Source: a bacterium (GTDB lineage Bacteria; Pseudomonadota; Alphaproteobacteria; SP197). Taken from it: a stretch of 64,000 nt of DNA. How positions within the stretch are numbered: position 1 is the stretch's first letter; each line of letters opens with the position of its first letter. Location: positions 103,030 through 167,029 of the forward strand of contig JAPPGE010000005.1 of assembly GCA_028821455.1 (NCBI GenBank). Reading direction: 5' to 3'. The position numbers were made by a program, and so were the translations under genes. Shown here in pieces: positions 10,242 to 18,482 of this stretch. The notes below the pieces were generated by a model that had not been told where the DNA came from, searched no databases, and saw only the letters and a program-made list of their open reading frames with translations.

Positions 10242-12233
10242 ATGACAGAGACACCCTTTCCCCATGTCTTCCGCCCGGTAAAGCTGCGCGGGCATGAGCT
10301 GAAAAACCGCATCGTTTTCGGAGCCCACACCGCCAACATGTCCGAAGGCGGCCTGCCGCTCGACAGGCACTTCGGATACTACCGGGAACGCGCCCGCGGC
10401 GGGGCGGCGATGATCGTCGTAGAACCGTCGCCGCCGCACCCGACGGCCATCCTCACCCGGGGCAACTTTCTTGCTGATGACGTGGTCATTCCGCATTTCC
10501 GCAAGGTGACCGAAGCCTGCCACGAACACGGCACCGTCATGTGCCACCAAATTTACCATGTCGGCGCCCACGGCGATCAGGACAATTCCTGGACCGCCTA
10601 CTGGTCTCCCTCGGGCCAGGTGAGTCACCACGACCCCTGGGGCAGCCACGTGATGACGGACCGGGAGATCGAGGAACTCGTCGACGCCTTCATCCGGCAG
10701 GCTGAACGCGATCAGGCCTGCGGTTTCGACGGTGTCGACCTCTTCGCCGGCTATTCCTGCCTGATCGATCAGTTCTGGTCGCCTCTGACCAACCGCCGCG
10801 ACGACCGCTGGGGCGGCAGCCTCGAGAACCGCCTGCGTTTCGTGACACGAATCGTCGAGGGCATCCGAAAGACCTGCGGCCAGAACTTCATCGTCGGCAT
10901 GACCGTTTCGGGTGGCGAGCCCTATCCGGGCGGGCTGACCATGACCGACAAGCAGGAGATCTTCGCATGGCTCGACGAGCGCGGCCTGTGCGACTACCTG
11001 TCCTGCGGCGCAGGAAGCTATCTCAACCAGTTCTCGAAGATCGTCCCGAGCTTTCATTTCCCAACACCCCTTGGCCCGGACGAGGCGGGAGAGATCAAGG
11101 ACGTGGTCACACACGCCCTGGTCACCGCCGAGGCGCGCGTGAAGACTCCACAGCGCGCCGAGGAGACGCTTGCCGCCGGCAAGTGCGACCTGGTCTCGAT
11201 CGTTCGCGGCCAGATTGCCGATCCCCACCTCGCCAACAAGGCGGCCAGCGGACGGGAAGAGGACATCCGTCCGTGCATATCGTGCAACCAGCTGTGCATC
11301 GGCCGGCGGCTGCGCGACTACTGGATTTCCTGCCTCGTCAACCCGTCGGTGGGACGGGAAACACTGTGGGATGGCGACAGCGCACCGCAGGTCGACAGTC
11401 CCCGCCACATCCTCGTCGTCGGGGGTGGTCCGGCCGGCCTCGAGACGGCGCGCGTGGCGGCCATGCGCGGTCATCGCGTCACACTTGTCGAGAAGGATGC
11501 CGAGCTCGGCGGCCAGTTCCGCCTTGCGGCCGGTCAGCCGGAAAGGGGAGAGGTCGGCGAGTTCCTGACCTGGTGCAGCCGCCAGCTGGAGAAACTCCAG
11601 GTGCGCGTCATTCTCAACACCGACATGTCGGCCGACGACATCCGAGGCTTCGGGGCGGATGACGTGATCCTTGCGACAGGGTCGGTGCCGACGCGGACAG
11701 GGTTCCAGCGCGCCTTTCCACATGTCGAACGCCTGGAAGGGGTCGAGCAAGACAACGTCATGACGGTCCACGACATTCTTGAGGGCAAGGCGGTTCCAGG
11801 CACCAATGTTCTCCTCCTCGACGACATCAACGGCTGGTGGCCCGCTTCCGGAACGGCACTGCACCTCGCCCTGGAGCGTCACATGGTGACCGTGGTGACG
11901 GCATCCGAGAAAGCCGCCGAACAGCTCGATTTCTCGCGGACCGGCGATACCACCCGCGAGCGGTTCTGGAAGCTCGGGGTCGAGGTCATCTGCGGTCATG
12001 CCTTGAGCGCATGGAAAGGCAACACCGCCACGCTCATGAACCTCTACACCGGGGATACCGAGGAACGCGACTTCGACAGCCTCGTTCTCGCCACCACGAA
12101 CACGGTGGAAGACAGCCTGCGCCGCGAGCTCGCCGATGACGATCTCCGGATTCACAACCTCGGCGATGCCGTCGCCGCACGCACCGCCTCCATGGCCATC
12201 TTCGAGGCCCGCACCCTCGCCATGTCCCTGTGA
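10242..12233 (+). CDS. NADH:flavin oxidoreductase of the 2,4-dienoyl-CoA reductase/OYE family, with a C-terminal FAD/NAD(P)-binding domain
   Basis: 663 aa with an N-terminal TIM-barrel OYE domain, a CISCNQLCIGRR Fe-S cysteine cluster and the dinucleotide motif VVGGGPAGLE. Confidence 0.8.
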   Translation: MTETPFPHVFRPVKLRGHELKNRIVFGAHTANMSEGGLPLDRHFGYYRERARGGAAMIVVEPSPPHPTAILTRGNFLADDVVIPHFRKVTEACHEHGTVMCHQIYHVGAHGDQDNSWTAYWSPSGQVSHHDPWGSHVMTDREIEELVDAFIRQAERDQACGFDGVDLFAGYSCLIDQFWSPLTNRRDDRWGGSLENRLRFVTRIVEGIRKTCGQNFIVGMTVSGGEPYPGGLTMTDKQEIFAWLDERGLCDYLSCGAGSYLNQFSKIVPSFHFPTPLGPDEAGEIKDVVTHALVTAEARVKTPQRAEETLAAGKCDLVSIVRGQIADPHLANKAASGREEDIRPCISCNQLCIGRRLRDYWISCLVNPSVGRETLWDGDSAPQVDSPRHILVVGGGPAGLETARVAAMRGHRVTLVEKDAELGGQFRLAAGQPERGEVGEFLTWCSRQLEKLQVRVILNTDMSADDIRGFGADDVILATGSVPTRTGFQRAFPHVERLEGVEQDNVMTVHDILEGKAVPGTNVLLLDDINGWWPASGTALHLALERHMVTVVTASEKAAEQLDFSRTGDTTRERFWKLGVEVICGHALSAWKGNTATLMNLYTGDTEERDFDSLVLATTNTVEDSLRRELADDDLRIHNLGDAVAARTASMAIFEARTLAMSL

Positions 12234-12690
12234 CGCCCACCGAAGGAAGGACACCCGAGGCGGAGGAACCGACGCGGCTTGCCCGTCTGTTCTCCGAGAG
12301 TCCCGATCACGACATCGGCAACTTCTGAAAGGAAGTGCTGCAGGCCGACGTCGCAATCAGCGAAAGAACGTGCAACGACATCGTTGTACGACAGCAGTGT
12401 TGTGGAAGTTCAGGGAAATCACGTACCGAGCCGTGCTGCCGCAGGTTGCCTTTCAACATGACCGTTCTGTCGGCGCGGGATGGGCTTGCCCGATGATTCG
12501 CAAGGCGTCGTCCTGAACAGGATGTGTCCCATCTCGTCACCGCCGGGCCGGGGACAGCAAGCCGAATAGAGGTGGACCGAGGCATAGCGGGATGATGAAC
12601 CGTCGATGCTGGGTCGTTTGAGTTCGCCAGCGACCTCAAGACGAGTCCGGGTCCGGACATCTTCGGCGAAGCGTGGCCTGATGGCGTCGA

Positions 12691-13524
12691 TTACTGCAGG
12701 GAGGCGAGCAAGCTACCCTGCCTCGTCACCGGAGCCACACCGAGCGATTTGAAGATGCGCCAGTAGAGTGCGATGTCGTGCGTGATCACGGGTTTTCCGA
12801 GCATGACCTCGAGTTCGGGCGCCAGACCGCAGAATCGCCGGGTCACGCCGTCGGATGCGCGCCGGAAATGGGCCGTGCCGTTGGCGAGGTAGGCGTCGAC
12901 ATGGGGCGCCTTGTCGGCAACCCAGGCCATGGACTTTTCCGCCAGTTCCTCGTCGAAACAGAATGTCTGGGCGTTGAGCTCCTCCTGGCTGGCGAACCAG
13001 CCCTGGTCGACGAAGTTGCCGGCCCACACGACATCGAAGCCTGCCTCGCGCAGAAAGCCCGCGGTACCCTGCCACCAGTCGGGCCAGTGGTAGACGGCAT
13101 TGAGCGCCACCTTCTCGACGTTGGCCGCATGCAGCGCTTCGACCATGGCGTAGCCCGCCATGTGGAACGCGGTCGCATAGGTCTCGCTCAACCGCTCGAT
13201 GTAGCGGCGGATGCCCTCGACCCCCAGATTCGAGGCATGAACCCAGTTCGAGCCAACCTGGGCGCAGACATCAGCGCCGGCGTTCGCCGCACACTCGACC
13301 ACCTCCTCGAGCAGCGCGAAGTTCTGCAGGCGCTGGTCGAGACGGTGTTCGTAGTCGGGTATGTGCAGCATGCGGCCATGGATTCCAACTGTATCCGGCG
13401 CCATGCGCACGAAGTCCGTCGGCCCCCCGCAATAGTCCCTGGGCGGGCAGGTGAAGACGACCTGGTGGGGAAAGAGCTTGTTGCGCGGATCCTCCCACTG
13501 TGCGGGCTTCCTGTATGGCGGCAA
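12691..13524 (-). CDS. Asp/Glu/hydantoin racemase superfamily protein (arylmalonate decarboxylase / maleate isomerase-like)
   Basis: A TTG start at 13524-13522 is preceded by a perfect AGGAGG at 7 nt spacing. The longer ORF-track N-terminus (starting at 13809) is Arg-rich junk. Family resemblance is to maleate cis-trans isomerase. Confidence 0.6.
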   Translation of the reverse strand: MPPYRKPAQWEDPRNKLFPHQVVFTCPPRDYCGGPTDFVRMAPDTVGIHGRMLHIPDYEHRLDQRLQNFALLEEVVECAANAGADVCAQVGSNWVHASNLGVEGIRRYIERLSETYATAFHMAGYAMVEALHAANVEKVALNAVYHWPDWWQGTAGFLREAGFDVVWAGNFVDQGWFASQEELNAQTFCFDEELAEKSMAWVADKAPHVDAYLANGTAHFRRASDGVTRRFCGLAPELEVMLGKPVITHDIALYWRIFKSLGVAPVTRQGSLLASLQ

Positions 13525-13784
13525 ACTCACACCTCCTATCCCCGTTGAGCCAGGCGGAGCCGGCAAGACGCGAGAAAAGCATGACCGGCAGGCGCCAGGA
13601 TCGCAACCCTGGCGATGCCGTTGCGTCCGGCGCAATACAGGGTCTGCTACGCAGGCATTCCGCGCTCGGGTGCACGTGACCGATCTGGTCGGATGAAGAC
13701 GGCGAGTTTCGTGTTGTTCAGCCTGATCTTTCTTGACACCTTGGCGTCTGCAGTTGCCATCTTGAAAGGACGGGGAAGAACGCC

Positions 13785-14285
13785 ATGACATTCGACAGAA
13801 GACGTGCATTGGGACTGGTCGTCGCCGTCGGGCTTCTGCAGGCTGGCCAGGGCTCGGCCGCTGCAGAAACCGGCAGTTTCGCCCTCACCTCGAGCCTGAC
13901 AAGCCAGTACGCAAGCATCACACACATGGACGGAACGATCTTCAGCGGAACCTCTGAGGGCACGAGCACCATTGTCAGGAGCAGTGGCGAACCCTTCGTC
14001 GAGGGACGATCCATGCAAACGTCGTGCATCGTGTCCGGAAAGACTTCGGCCGCCGGAACTGAACTCGATGGGGCCTGCACCAGCGCGAATTCTTCGGGCG
14101 ACATGCTGTTCTCGATTGCCAAGAGACGTGTGGATGGCGCCGCAGAAGAAGGCGGTGAGGGAGATCTGAAGCTGCTGGGCGGTGCCGGCAGGTTCGAGGG
14201 CATCACCGGAACATGCTCCTACGACACCGACTATCTGACGGAGACGGTCTACGTCACCTGGGCGGAGTGTACCTGGCAGCGATAG
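13785..14285 (+). CDS. exported hypothetical protein (166 aa, Ser/Thr/Gly-rich, 6 Cys)
   Basis: It has an RR-containing signal peptide (MTFDRRRALGLVVAVGLLQAGQGSAAAE) with an upstream GGGGAAG Shine-Dalgarno. The overlapping antisense ORFs look like GC-frame artefacts. Confidence 0.5.
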   Translation: MTFDRRRALGLVVAVGLLQAGQGSAAAETGSFALTSSLTSQYASITHMDGTIFSGTSEGTSTIVRSSGEPFVEGRSMQTSCIVSGKTSAAGTELDGACTSANSSGDMLFSIAKRRVDGAAEEGGEGDLKLLGGAGRFEGITGTCSYDTDYLTETVYVTWAECTWQR

Positions 14286-14354
14286 ACACAATCGGTTCGG
14301 GATCGGCGCACAGCCAGACCGTTGGGTCACGATCTCCTTGAACCACCTGTTCCG

Positions 14355-15389
14355 TCAGGATGACAGCGAGACCCTTTCGCGGGTGGCGGCCACCAACCGG
14401 TCGGCGCAGCGCACCATTCGAATGCGCCCGGCCCTGATTTCGGCTTCCCGCCGGCGCCAGCGTTCGGGAATGCCCTCGAGGCCGAAGCGGGCGCCAAGCA
14501 CGGCACCGGCAATGGCGCCGTTGGTATCGGTATCGCCGCCTGCCTCGATCACCTGGCGCAGACCCTGTTCGAAATCCCTCGCCCGCCAACAGGAAATCAG
14601 CGCTGCCTGGAGAGAGAGCAGCGTGTACCCCATGTCGCGACCGTCGAACTTCAGGTCATCCAGCGTTGAGACCGACGCCTCGTCAACCGCGTCCGCCACA
14701 CTCTGCGGCGCTCGCGTGTCGTAGCCATAGGTCTTAAGTCGCGGCAGGGATGCCGCCATGCCTGCCTCGGCTTCCCTCATCAGCATGTCCGGGCCGAGGG
14801 TCGTGCCAGTGAGAGCTGCGGCAGCGACGAGATTGGCGATCGCGCACGACCAGCCGCATCGCACGTCCCAGTGTGTCGGCACCGCCGAGACCACGCTCTC
14901 GCATACCAGCCGGTCCCTGGCATCGCGCCAGAGGATCGAAAGGGGTGCGGTGCGTATCAGTGCTCCATTCCCGGCGCGGCTACCTTTCCACCCCTTCCGC
15001 GACGCCTCGATGATCGGCATGCCGTCCGGCTTGCGGGGCTTGCCGGTCAGACGATTGCGGGCGAGCCGTTGTGGATAGGCGCCGCCATAGAGCGACAGGA
15101 CAGAGCCGGTCAGCCTGCCCATTCCCGCACCGTTCACTTCCGCCCAGTGCCAGAACCGCCGGCCAAGGTCGTCGATGTCGAGACCGTCTCCACCCGTTGC
15201 CGCTTCGGCAATGATGATGGCCTGCGCCAGATCGTCGTCGTCGGGATACCCGGGTCGTGCAGCGATGTTCTCCATACCCCGGTGAAAGGCCCTGGCGATC
15301 GAGGATCTTGGCCATCCCTCTGTCGTGATGCCGAGGAGATTGCCGACAGCCAGTCCGACCATCAGGCCCCGCGCGCGATCATCAACCAT
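14355..15389 (-). CDS. ADP-ribosylglycohydrolase family protein (ARH/DraG-like)
   Basis: Has the ARH fold signatures (GLMVGLAVGNLLG... DTDTNGAIAGAVLGARFG). Its start overlaps the upstream ARPP-1-like gene by 8 nt, so it is the second gene of the operon. Confidence 0.85.
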   Translation of the reverse strand: MVDDRARGLMVGLAVGNLLGITTEGWPRSSIARAFHRGMENIAARPGYPDDDDLAQAIIIAEAATGGDGLDIDDLGRRFWHWAEVNGAGMGRLTGSVLSLYGGAYPQRLARNRLTGKPRKPDGMPIIEASRKGWKGSRAGNGALIRTAPLSILWRDARDRLVCESVVSAVPTHWDVRCGWSCAIANLVAAAALTGTTLGPDMLMREAEAGMAASLPRLKTYGYDTRAPQSVADAVDEASVSTLDDLKFDGRDMGYTLLSLQAALISCWRARDFEQGLRQVIEAGGDTDTNGAIAGAVLGARFGLEGIPERWRRREAEIRAGRIRMVRCADRLVAATRERVSLSS

Positions 15390-16302
15390 GGTGTGCGCTC
15401 CCGGTGGTGTCGTACGAGAACGAGGCATGGATCAGCGCATCATCCAGGACCAGTGCCTGGCCGGTCAGACGTCGGTCGGTGACCCGGTGTTCGCAGCCGA
15501 GCCCGACACCCGGCGCGGTCCTGGCCGGTGATGTGCTCAGCCGCCTGATGTTCCTGAGGGCAAGTGTGGCTGACGGGCGTCCTTGGGACGGTCTGTTTTC
15601 GATGAAGTGCGACCGGACCAGCGCTCCCCAGTGTTTGCGGAGAAGGTGCGGCGCACCGAAGAGATCCATGGCTGTGACATCCCTGCCGTGCGCCACGACC
15701 ACGCCGCACTGTCCGGGAAGCGGACCACGTTCGACGAGAGCTTCGACGGTCTTCCAGCGGGAGTGATGCCGCCGGTAGGATTCTTCCAGGTCCGCGGCGG
15801 CGCCCGTTGGAGACGCGACACCTTCACGAAGCATCATGGCCGAGATGTCCTCCCAGATGGCGTGCTGGTCGCTCATCCGGTTCCGGTCGACACTGAAGGA
15901 CCTGTTGACGCTTGCCCGTTTCCTTTTCCGGATGCTCTCGGGCGCAAAGGCCTGCGCACGGCGCCATGCCCGGTGGCGTCCCCATCGACCCTGTTCCAGA
16001 CATGATACGGGAATGTCGAGCTTGGATCCGGCCGGAACGAGAACAGTGGCGTTGATGGTGCGATTCTGGTTGCCGCCGGTGAAATGCTCACCCTCGACGA
16101 TCAGGATCGGCTTGTCGGTTGGATTGGTGACCTTGAGGGCTCTCACTGTCGCGACATCGAACTCGCTCACGATCAGTCCCGATGACTCGCCGGTGTCGAT
16201 GGCCGGAAGGGGGTTGTGTGTCAGATAGACGGGGAAGAACGAGACACCGAGGCGCGTGATTGGAGATCCTACGGCGGAGATTTCAAGGCTGGGTATGGTC
16301 AT
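15382..16302 (-). CDS. ARPP-1-like protein (uncharacterised partner of ADP-ribosylglycohydrolase/Nudix modules)
   Basis: 306 aa with an ATG start behind GAGG. The assignment to the computationally described ARPP-1 family is from memory of NUDIX/ARPP-1/ARG gene triads and is not verifiable here. Confidence 0.55.
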   Translation of the reverse strand: MTIPSLEISAVGSPITRLGVSFFPVYLTHNPLPAIDTGESSGLIVSEFDVATVRALKVTNPTDKPILIVEGEHFTGGNQNRTINATVLVPAGSKLDIPVSCLEQGRWGRHRAWRRAQAFAPESIRKRKRASVNRSFSVDRNRMSDQHAIWEDISAMMLREGVASPTGAAADLEESYRRHHSRWKTVEALVERGPLPGQCGVVVAHGRDVTAMDLFGAPHLLRKHWGALVRSHFIENRPSQGRPSATLALRNIRRLSTSPARTAPGVGLGCEHRVTDRRLTGQALVLDDALIHASFSYDTTGSAHHG

Positions 16303-16320
16303 GCTGGCCTCATTCGGTTT

Positions 16321-16369
16321 ATTGTGATACTGACAATTATATGACGCTATATATTGTCATTGCAACAAT
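16321..16369. promoter_or_regulatory. two 17 bp palindromic operators (ATTGT-N7-ACAAT) in the NrtR-like/ARPP-1 divergent intergenic region, overlapping a sigma70-like promoter for the minus-strand operon
   Basis: ATTGTGATACTGACAAT is at 16321-16337 and ATTGTCATTGCAACAAT at 16353-16369. On the minus strand, TTGCAA (16365-16360) - 18 nt - TATAAT (16341-16336) forms the promoter, with the operators sitting on the -35 and -10/TSS. Confidence 0.6.
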
Positions 16370-16403
16370 AAAAGTGGCTTGGTCGAACCAGCGAGGAAAT
16401 ACC

Positions 16404-17261
16404 GTGAATTATCCGCCATTTGCCGTCACCGTCGACATAGCGCTCTTCACCATCGAGGATGACACCTTCAAGATTCTGCTGATCGAGCGTGGCGGTGATC
16501 CCTATCGCGGGGATCTCGCCCTGCCGGGTGGCTTCGTGCTTCCCGATGAGGACCTCGAGGCGGCAGCCGCCCGGGAACTCGAGGAGGAAACCGGTCTCGC
16601 CGAAGGTTCGTGGCACCTTGAACAACTCGCCGCCTATGGCGATCCGGCGCGGGATCCACGCATGCGGACGGTGACCGTCGCCTTCTGGGCCATCACCGCC
16701 GGTCTGCCCCGTCCCCGAGGCGGCGGCGACGCGGCGGCTGCCCATCTCGTGCCCGTGGACGGAATCGAAAGCGGTGATCTTCGTCTCGCCTTCGATCACG
16801 ATCGGATTGTCGGGGACGCGGTGAAACGGATCCGCTCACGACTCGAGACGACGACCATCGCCGCCCAGTTCTGTCCACCCGCCTTCACGGTGGCAGAGTT
16901 GCGCAGGGTCTACGAGACGATCTGGAACACTCCTCTCGATCCGGGGAACTTCCAGAGGTTCGTGCGCGACAGCGGCGTGTTCAGACCCGCACCGTCCGGC
17001 GGACCGGGTGCCCTCGCAGCACCATCCTCGGTCGCTCTCGAATCGGCGCCGTCCCTCGAGCGTCTTGAATCAGGGCAGGAGGTGATGCGTCGAGCGATCG
17101 ACGACGCAGAGAGCGCGCCTTCATCCGATGCGGAGCCGTCCATGGACCTCTCTGGGCCACGACAGCAAAGGCGCGGGCGACCGGCATCGAGATGGATGGT
17201 GCCGGAAGGGCGGCCGCGCCTGCTTGCCCGGCCGCTGCGCCGAAAGACCGGCGACCCGTGA
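16404..17261 (+). CDS. nrtR: NrtR-family Nudix hydrolase-like transcriptional regulator (Nudix domain plus C-terminal winged helix)
   Basis: A GTG start behind GAGG. The Nudix box is GGFVLPDEDLEAAAARELEEETGL, and the C-terminal FTVAELRRVYETIWNTPLDPGNFQRFV matches the NrtR winged-helix hallmark. It is divergent from the ARPP-1/ARG operon. Confidence 0.75.
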   Translation: MNYPPFAVTVDIALFTIEDDTFKILLIERGGDPYRGDLALPGGFVLPDEDLEAAAARELEEETGLAEGSWHLEQLAAYGDPARDPRMRTVTVAFWAITAGLPRPRGGGDAAAAHLVPVDGIESGDLRLAFDHDRIVGDAVKRIRSRLETTTIAAQFCPPAFTVAELRRVYETIWNTPLDPGNFQRFVRDSGVFRPAPSGGPGALAAPSSVALESAPSLERLESGQEVMRRAIDDAESAPSSDAEPSMDLSGPRQQRRGRPASRWMVPEGRPRLLARPLRRKTGDP

Positions 17262-17266
17262 TGCCC

Positions 17267-18451
17267 TCAGGTCGGGTCGAGCGGCACCAGGTCGAGGATG
17301 TTAGCCTGGAAGAAGGTCAGGGAGGTTTCACCGTGGTCGGCCAGTTCACCGGTCTTCATCATCGGGGAACGCAGGGCCTTTTGCTGCTGTTCGACGACCC
17401 ACATGTCCTCGATCTGAAAGTCGAGGGCCTCCATGGCGTGACAGCTCAGCTCATCAAGGGAAATGTAGCGCCGGCCATCCTTCATGATGTGACCATGACC
17501 GCTGGTTCCGCTCCTGTGCCCCTCTTTCTTCGTCTTGCCGTACTTCTCCCGGGGCGCCATCCAGGTGCGCAGTTCGAGGTAGCAGCGCTCCGGGCCTACC
17601 GGCACGATGACGTAGGCCGAAAAGAAGATGGAAGTAGCCAGGACCCCGGAATTGGGAAAGAACTGCCACACGACGGGACGCCGTCCCGACATCGTAGCTC
17701 CGGGTATGGTGGCATGGTGCGATCTCTCCCGGGACGGATTTTCTCCAAAGGCGATAGAAATCCAGTGACGGTGAACCGCATCCCAGTCCTGGTCCTCCAC
17801 GTCGGGACCCATGAGCGTCTTGTCGTGGAGATAGCTCAGGTGATAGCCATCCATCGCGTTTTCGCAGAACACCTTCCAGTTGCAGTGAATGTCGTAGCGG
17901 ATCGGGCGTTTCTCGGACAATCCTTCCAGTGAATGTGGCCACATGTGGGTCGTCTGCATGGATCCGATCCAGGTATCGAACTCCTCGTCGGGCCGAGCCA
18001 TCGGATTGACGAACACGAGATCGCCGATGATTCCGACACTGCCGGCATGCAGCGGCCAGTCCGCCAGGTTCATGCCGGCAAAGCAGAGGTCCTTCTTCGG
18101 CAGTCCGCGCAGACTGCCGTCGTCGATGTTGTAGGTCCACGCATGATAGGGGCAGACGATGCCATGACGGCAGTTGCCCTTCCCTTCCTCGAAGATCTGC
18201 GTTCCCCGGTGTCGGCAGGTGTTGTGATAGGCGCGCAGGGAACCGTCCTTCGTGCGCACGACAATCATCGGATAGCGGTTGATCTGGACCGCCTTGTAGT
18301 CACCGGCATGCGGCACGTCCTGAAGCGTGCAGGCAAAGGTCCAGGAGCGGCTGAACAACTCCTGGTGTTCCCGTTCGAACCAGGCGCTGGAGTAGTAGCA
18401 CTGCTTCGGCAACAGCTGTCGGGCCTCGTTCGGTTTCAGGGGAATGGTCAT
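17267..18451 (-). CDS. Rieske [2Fe-2S] non-heme iron oxygenase, alpha (catalytic) subunit
   Basis: Contains the Rieske motifs CRHRGTQ...CPYHAW. An internal ATG start (MTIPLKPNEARQL) is preceded by GAGGGAG. Confidence 0.8.
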   Translation of the reverse strand: MTIPLKPNEARQLLPKQCYYSSAWFEREHQELFSRSWTFACTLQDVPHAGDYKAVQINRYPMIVVRTKDGSLRAYHNTCRHRGTQIFEEGKGNCRHGIVCPYHAWTYNIDDGSLRGLPKKDLCFAGMNLADWPLHAGSVGIIGDLVFVNPMARPDEEFDTWIGSMQTTHMWPHSLEGLSEKRPIRYDIHCNWKVFCENAMDGYHLSYLHDKTLMGPDVEDQDWDAVHRHWISIAFGENPSRERSHHATIPGATMSGRRPVVWQFFPNSGVLATSIFFSAYVIVPVGPERCYLELRTWMAPREKYGKTKKEGHRSGTSGHGHIMKDGRRYISLDELSCHAMEALDFQIEDMWVVEQQQKALRSPMMKTGELADHGETSLTFFQANILDLVPLDPT

Positions 18452-18482
18452 TCCTGCAATCTCCCTCGTTGCCGCTGCCTCT

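Noticed and set aside
10062-12356. 764 aa minus-strand ORF antisense to the OYE reductase gene
   Set aside because: It is Arg/Gly/Ala-rich with no recognisable motifs and is entirely antisense to a well-supported gene. Long spurious ORFs are expected on the antisense strand of high-GC coding DNA.
16341-16403. Alternative ATG start for the Nudix regulator at 16341 (MTLYIVIATIK...)
   Set aside because: It lies inside the operator/promoter palindromes and is AT-rich non-coding in character. The GTG at 16404 has a GAGG Shine-Dalgarno and gives the canonical Nudix N-terminus.
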